Part shown: positions 59,278 to 64,000 of the stretch, piece by piece
How the letters are laid out: every line of letters begins with the position of its first letter
How positions within the stretch are numbered: position 1 is the first letter of the stretch
Origin: an uncultured delta proteobacterium
Lineage (GTDB): Bacteria; Desulfobacterota; WTBG01; CAIYCZ01; CAIRTM01
NCBI GenBank assembly: GCA_963804955.1
Contig: CAWDSQ010000007.1
Coordinates: 64,001 to 128,000, forward strand
Direction of reading: 5' to 3'
Length of the DNA stretch: 64,000 bases
Program-made: the position numbers and the translations under genes
The notes under the pieces: generated by a model
Databases searched by the model: none
What the model saw: the letters and a program-made list of their open reading frames with translations, nothing else
What the model was told of the DNA's origin: nothing

Positions 59278-60901
59278 CTATTTATTGCACAGCAGCACAT
59301 ACCCCTTCCATGAATCATGTTCAGCATAGGGCGTCCGGGCAACAATCCGCCAGGGCAGCGGGCTCAACTTCTCGAAACGGTGTCCCCGCATGACAAGCCA
59401 GGTCTTTTCCGGAGACGCCATAAAGTCGGGTATGTCCTTTTCATCCTTGATGGTCGCCATGGGCCTGCGGGCATAAAAAATAAAAGTGTAATTTTCATTT
59501 TTCCAGGCAAAACCCAGCTGTTCATTCCTTGGGACGATCCGCGCAACATCCATATAAAAATCCTTACCCGAATCCTGCATGTTGCGTATGGGCACTGTAA
59601 AAGTAAAATAGGCGAAATGCACCAGCAGCATAAGTGCAACTACCGCCGTAAATGCTATTTTATCCAGCGCTGTCCGCGGCATACACATTTTTGCGCTGGA
59701 AACAGCCATCAGGCAGCCGCCGGCAAAAAGCAGCAGCGGCGGAATGTTGAGAGAGTGCATTGCCGGTATATTGACCACAAAAGGATTTCCCGCAAAAAAC
59801 GATGCCCCCGCACAGGCAAAGCCGGCAAAAAAGGCCGCTCTGAGACAGACTGCCTTCTGCACCGGCATCTTTTCCCGCAGCCACTGCCAGAACGGCTGCC
59901 AGGTAGCGCCCACGAGCAGCGCCACGGCAGGCGCTATGGGAAACAGGTAGTAGTCGCGCTTGGACTTGAGCAAAGAAAGAAACAGCAGGTTTCCCAAAAA
60001 CCAAAACAGCACAAAGAGGTTCTCTTTTCTTGACTTCTGAAGCCGCCGCGAACAGGCAAGCCAGACGGCAAAGGGCAGCATGAATATCCAGGGGAACAGC
60101 ACCCGTATAATTTCAAGAAAATAAAACTGAAAAGGCTCCCGATGCACAAAGCCGGTTGCTGCGCGAACAGCGGTTTCCCAAAGGACCAGCTTGATGAAGT
60201 CAGGATTGTCCTTCATGATAAACAGGGGCCAGGGCAGCACGATAATCAGAAACCAGAGCGAGCCCAAAAGGAACGGCTTGCTGCGCAGCAGACGAAGCTC
60301 CCGCGTGATGAGCAAAAAGCCTATAATGGGAATTAAGGGGAAGGTCAAGGCAAATGGGCCTTTGGTCATCATGCCCAGGCCCATCATCGCAAAAAACAGG
60401 GCAAACCAGAGCGTCCGACGGGAAGGTTCTTTATACCCTTTAAAAAAAAAGTATATGGATGCCGACACAAAAAATGAAAGCATGGATTCCAGCTCGGCAT
60501 AGCGGGCCTGGTGCATGAAAAAATTCGTGGCAAGCAGCGCGAAGGCAGCCAGAAAACCCGTTTGCAGGTTAAACAGGAGAGCTGCCGATAAGCAGAGTGA
60601 AAATCACTGTGCCGAAACCGGCCACTGCCGACGGGATGCGGGCGGTCAGCTCCGTAACACCGGTTTTAAGAGAGCAGACTGCCACGCTCCAGTAGAACAG
60701 GGGCGGCTTGGTGAGAATGGTTTCCTCTTCGAGCTGCGGGATGAGCCAGTTGCCGGTTTCAATCATCTCCTGTGATATCTGGGCCCGCCGTGACTCATTT
60801 CTCAGATGATAAAAATTCGGCTTCCCGAGATTATAAAAAAGCGTCCAGAGGGAAATAAGCAGCAGCCCGGCCGTCAATACATTTCTTTTCGTTGAAGTCA
60901 T
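59278..60901 (-). CDS. ArnT/PMT-like GT-C glycosyltransferase; frameshift ~60577
   Basis: ESRRAQISQEMIETGNWLIP..KPPLFYW..ARIPSA; MMTKGP; LPWP; KSKRDYYLFP. Confidence 0.87.
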
Positions 60902-61014
60902 ACAACCTCTTATTCGATATCGGCATACAAGTTAAAAAACGCGCCAATGTTCTAAAAATCCGGCACAGTCCCGTTGACCGCGGCAGGCCTATCTTCATAC
61001 CACAGAACGCCCGC

Positions 61015-61051
61015 AAAAAAAAAGGAGCGCCTGCTCAAAACAGCGCTCCTT
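61015..61051 (-). terminator. Intrinsic terminator
   Basis: Minus strand AAGGAGCGCTG-ttttgag-CAGGCGCTCC followed by a T run. Confidence 0.7.
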
Positions 61052-61071
61052 ATCAACTGCTGCAGAACACC

Positions 61072-62100
61072 TCAGGAAAACTTCTCTATCAGCTCCTGTA
61101 TCCGCTTTCTCGTGGGAAGGTTGTAGGGGCAGCGCTCTTCGCACTTGCCGCAGCCTTCGCAGGCCTGCATCCACATGAGCAGCCCCTTACCAACCTCCAG
61201 CCTCTCGGGGGGCAGCTGCTCCACCGGTATGCCCTGCACGGCCTGGTAAAAGATATGCACCATATCCGGCACCCGTATGTCATTGGGGCATGGCATGCAG
61301 TAGCCGCACCGGCGGCAGAACCCGGTGCCCAGGGGCGCCACCTCCTGCTCAAAGGCTGCAAGCTCTTCCGGGCTGAGCGCTTCTTCAATTTCAGCGCAGG
61401 CGATATTCTCCTTGAACTGCGCAACGCTTGCCACGCCATTAAGAATGAGATCGACGGGATAGGCATTAAAAAACCTGAAGGCTTTCTGCGTATTGCGTAT
61501 GGCCCCTCCGGCAATGGGCTTCATGACGATTGAGCCGATGTCAAGCGACCGGGCAAGGGCAAGAAGCTCATGCTCGGCCTCGCGCTCAATCACATTAAAC
61601 GGGTACATGACCGTATCAAACTCGCCCGTCTGTGCAAGCTCCACAAGCACGCTTATATGGTGGCTCGTCAGGCCGATAAAATCTATGATGCCCTCCTGCC
61701 TGGCCTTTCTGAAAGCGTCCATGCCCCCGCCACGGGCCATAAAAGCAGCCACCTCATGGGGATAGAGCGCATGCACCTGAAGAATTTCGATATGGTCGGT
61801 CTGGAGCTGTGTCAGGCTCTCGTCAAGATCCGAGCGCACCTCGTCATAGGTTCGGCTGTAGGATTTGCTGGCAATAATGCAGTCTTTGCGCCGGTCTTTG
61901 AGCACCGCCCCCAGATTCGTCTCCGAGTCCATGTACACGCGGGAGGTATCGATATAGTTGATACCGTAGTCAAGGGCTGCGGTGATGACCTCGGCTATTA
62001 CCTCTTCGGTCGTGCCGCCCATAATGGTTGAAAACGGTATGCCCCCAAGGCCCCAGCGCGTGACCTCAAGATTTGTTCTCCCGAGCCGTACTTTTTTCAT
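61072..62100 (-). CDS. Aldo/keto reductase with C-terminal 4Fe-4S dicluster domain
   Basis: GINYIDTSRVY, SLTQLQTDHI, MKPIAGG; CRRCGYCMPCP and CEGCGKCEERCP. Confidence 0.92.
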   Translation of the reverse strand: MKKVRLGRTNLEVTRWGLGGIPFSTIMGGTTEEVIAEVITAALDYGINYIDTSRVYMDSETNLGAVLKDRRKDCIIASKSYSRTYDEVRSDLDESLTQLQTDHIEILQVHALYPHEVAAFMARGGGMDAFRKARQEGIIDFIGLTSHHISVLVELAQTGEFDTVMYPFNVIEREAEHELLALARSLDIGSIVMKPIAGGAIRNTQKAFRFFNAYPVDLILNGVASVAQFKENIACAEIEEALSPEELAAFEQEVAPLGTGFCRRCGYCMPCPNDIRVPDMVHIFYQAVQGIPVEQLPPERLEVGKGLLMWMQACEGCGKCEERCPYNLPTRKRIQELIEKFS

Positions 62101-63950
62101 ATACCTCCTGTGTTTTCTATGCCGAGTTCCTTTAATTTTGCCTCTGTCAGCATTCCGTCAGCCTTCCAGCCCCGGGCACGGTAATAATCCTCAAGCATGA
62201 TGCCGACCGGCGGCAGATGGTCGGCAGCAGGGCCGCAGCCCCGCATGCTGGCCGGTAAAGCGTTCATGCAGCCTGTCGGCAGAAGCAGCGCAGCCCTGCC
62301 TGAGATTCACTACATGCTTTACCGCATAGCTGCGCTCGCCTGCAAGCAGAAGGGATGTAAAGTCATGCTCCATGCCAGTGGCAAGGTTCAGCCATTCCAC
62401 CACCTGCCGCGCCGTAACGCCGGTGAATCCGTCTGCTGAGTAATACTGGGCATAACCGGCATGGGAAAATGCGCACAGCACGAGCGAGTTGAGCACTGTG
62501 GCATAATTCTGTCCCCGCGCAACGGTCCGGCCCGTGCCCTCAACAGCAAACCGCACCGCCTGCATGTCCATAAGGTCAAAGCCCTCGATGCCCGGATCTG
62601 CTGCGCCCGTATGGTTTGCCCCGCGCGTATCGGTGGCATAGGCAAGCGCCAGAAAATTATGCGCCCGCGGATCATGGGCAGGCGCCTCAAGGCCCTTAAC
62701 CTCTATGGCGAAGCGCTCCGCACCCCCGCCGATCAGGCTGGCAGCCCCGCGTACACCTTCTGCAAGCACAGCGCCGAAGCCCTGACGCGTGCAGATTTTT
62801 TCAAGCATGGCAAGGGCGGCCTGCCCGTTGCCGAAAGACATATCAATGCCGTCGGTATCCTTCAGCGTAATCAGTCCTTCGGCAAAGCATTCCATGGCAA
62901 AGGAAATGACACCACCGGCAGATATGCTGTCAACTCCATAGCGGTTGCACAGGTCATAGGCTTTCTGCACGGTAGCTCATGTCGGTTATGCCGCACTGAG
63001 ATCCCAGAGGAGCGATAGACTCCCATACATTCAAACGCCTGCCGCCATGATCGACATTGGACTCAACGCACCCCGTGGGGCATCCTGCACATTGATAGGG
63101 GCGTTCATGAAAAGCATGCTCCCTGATCTCCCGAGCACCGCGTTCTCGAACCCCGTCAAATCGCCGTCACGCCAGTTATTGATACCGTGCCGGCCATCCC
63201 GAACGAACATGGTAAAGACCCTTGAGGCTTTTGCCGCACAGTGCTCGGGGGTTTTTACCATCTGCGGCAAAAAATCACGTATGGAACGGGCGAGCTTTTC
63301 GGCATGGGCAACTCCAACCGGATTGCTGCCGGCCACAGCGATTGCCTTCAGATTCTTTGCGCCCATGACTGCGCCCATACCGCATCTGCCTGCAGCGCGC
63401 GCTGCAGGACCATCGCTCATGACAGAGGAAAACCTCACAAGGTTCTCACCCGCCGGCCCGATGGCCGACACCTTGAAGGCATCGCCGTAGAGCTTCCGTA
63501 TAGTCGCTTCAGTCTCAACCGTATCTGCGCCCTGTAGAAAAGCTGCATCTTCGATTGCTGCCGTTCCGTCAGAGACCCTGAGAAAAACAAGCCTGTCTGC
63601 CTTGCCGGTTATGATAAGACCGTCGATGCCCGCTTTTTTAAGCGCACTGCCCCAGGTGCCGCCGGCAAATGCCTCTCCCCATATGCCGGTCAGGGGCGAA
63701 AGGGCCGCAACACAGTGCCTGCCGCTCCAGGGCACCATGGTGCCGGTGAGTGGTCCGGTCATAAAAAAAGAGGCGCTTCGGGAGCAAAGGGGTCCGTTTT
63801 CACCGGAACCATTTCGTCCATAAGCGCCGCAGCAAACCCCACACCGCCAATATGCCGCTCAGCCATCAGCGTCGGTGTTTCACGCACCGCAACCGTCCGG
63901 CTTCCAAGATCAACCTGCAGAAGCCTTCCTGTGTATCCTTTGTATGTCAT
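62097..63950 (-). CDS. Tungsten-dependent aldehyde:ferredoxin oxidoreductase family protein; four apparent frameshifts
   Basis: GYTGRLLQVDL, SPLTG, IGPAGEN, RAAGRCGMGAVMGAKNLKAI, CAGCPTGC, GVDSISAG, LAEG, HDPR, and EDYYRARGW. Stop overlaps the AKR start (ATGA). Confidence 0.88.
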
Positions 63951-64000
63951 GGCACTATAGAAACAGTTATCATTTTGTCTATGCTGATACCCGAATGCTG

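Overview
Chromosomal segment of a probable anaerobic Desulfobacterota (deltaproteobacterial)-type bacterium; this is inferred from gene content (sigma-54 promoters, tungsten AOR, fhs, argS-SPOR-cutA) and not from a marker gene. (1) 1-28.4 kb is a mosaic surface-polysaccharide locus: carbamoyltransferase, GT2/GT4s, Wzy-like, ligase-like and Wzx genes, gmd, perosamine synthase, CapD/CapA/CapK-like genes, and an AT-rich FabH-ACP-FabG-acyltransferase cassette. (2) 28.7-36.7 kb is a sigma-54-type catabolic operon: acyl-CoA dehydrogenase, two MaoC proteins and an E1a/E1b/E2/E3 dehydrogenase complex. (3) 37-43 kb is housekeeping: cutA, SPOR, argS, DUF402, fdhD and a beta-CASP nuclease. (4) 43.2-51.1 kb is the most unusual part. 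It holds an orphan gene resembling archaeal DGR variable proteins behind a sigma-54 promoter and a structured leader. It also holds a tandem array of paired genes (RCC1-repeat lipoprotein + Cys-patterned membrane-anchored protein ending CLFWWL) with intact, chimeric and decayed copies. (5) 51.7-64 kb is metabolic/envelope genes: FmdB, patatin, fhs, NrfJ-like, FG-GAP, MDR, ArnT-like, AKR and AOR. Many genes carry single-base indels that look like long-read errors. I found no CRISPR array, rRNA, tRNA, transposase or reverse transcriptase. All family calls come from motif recognition by eye; no database search was run.
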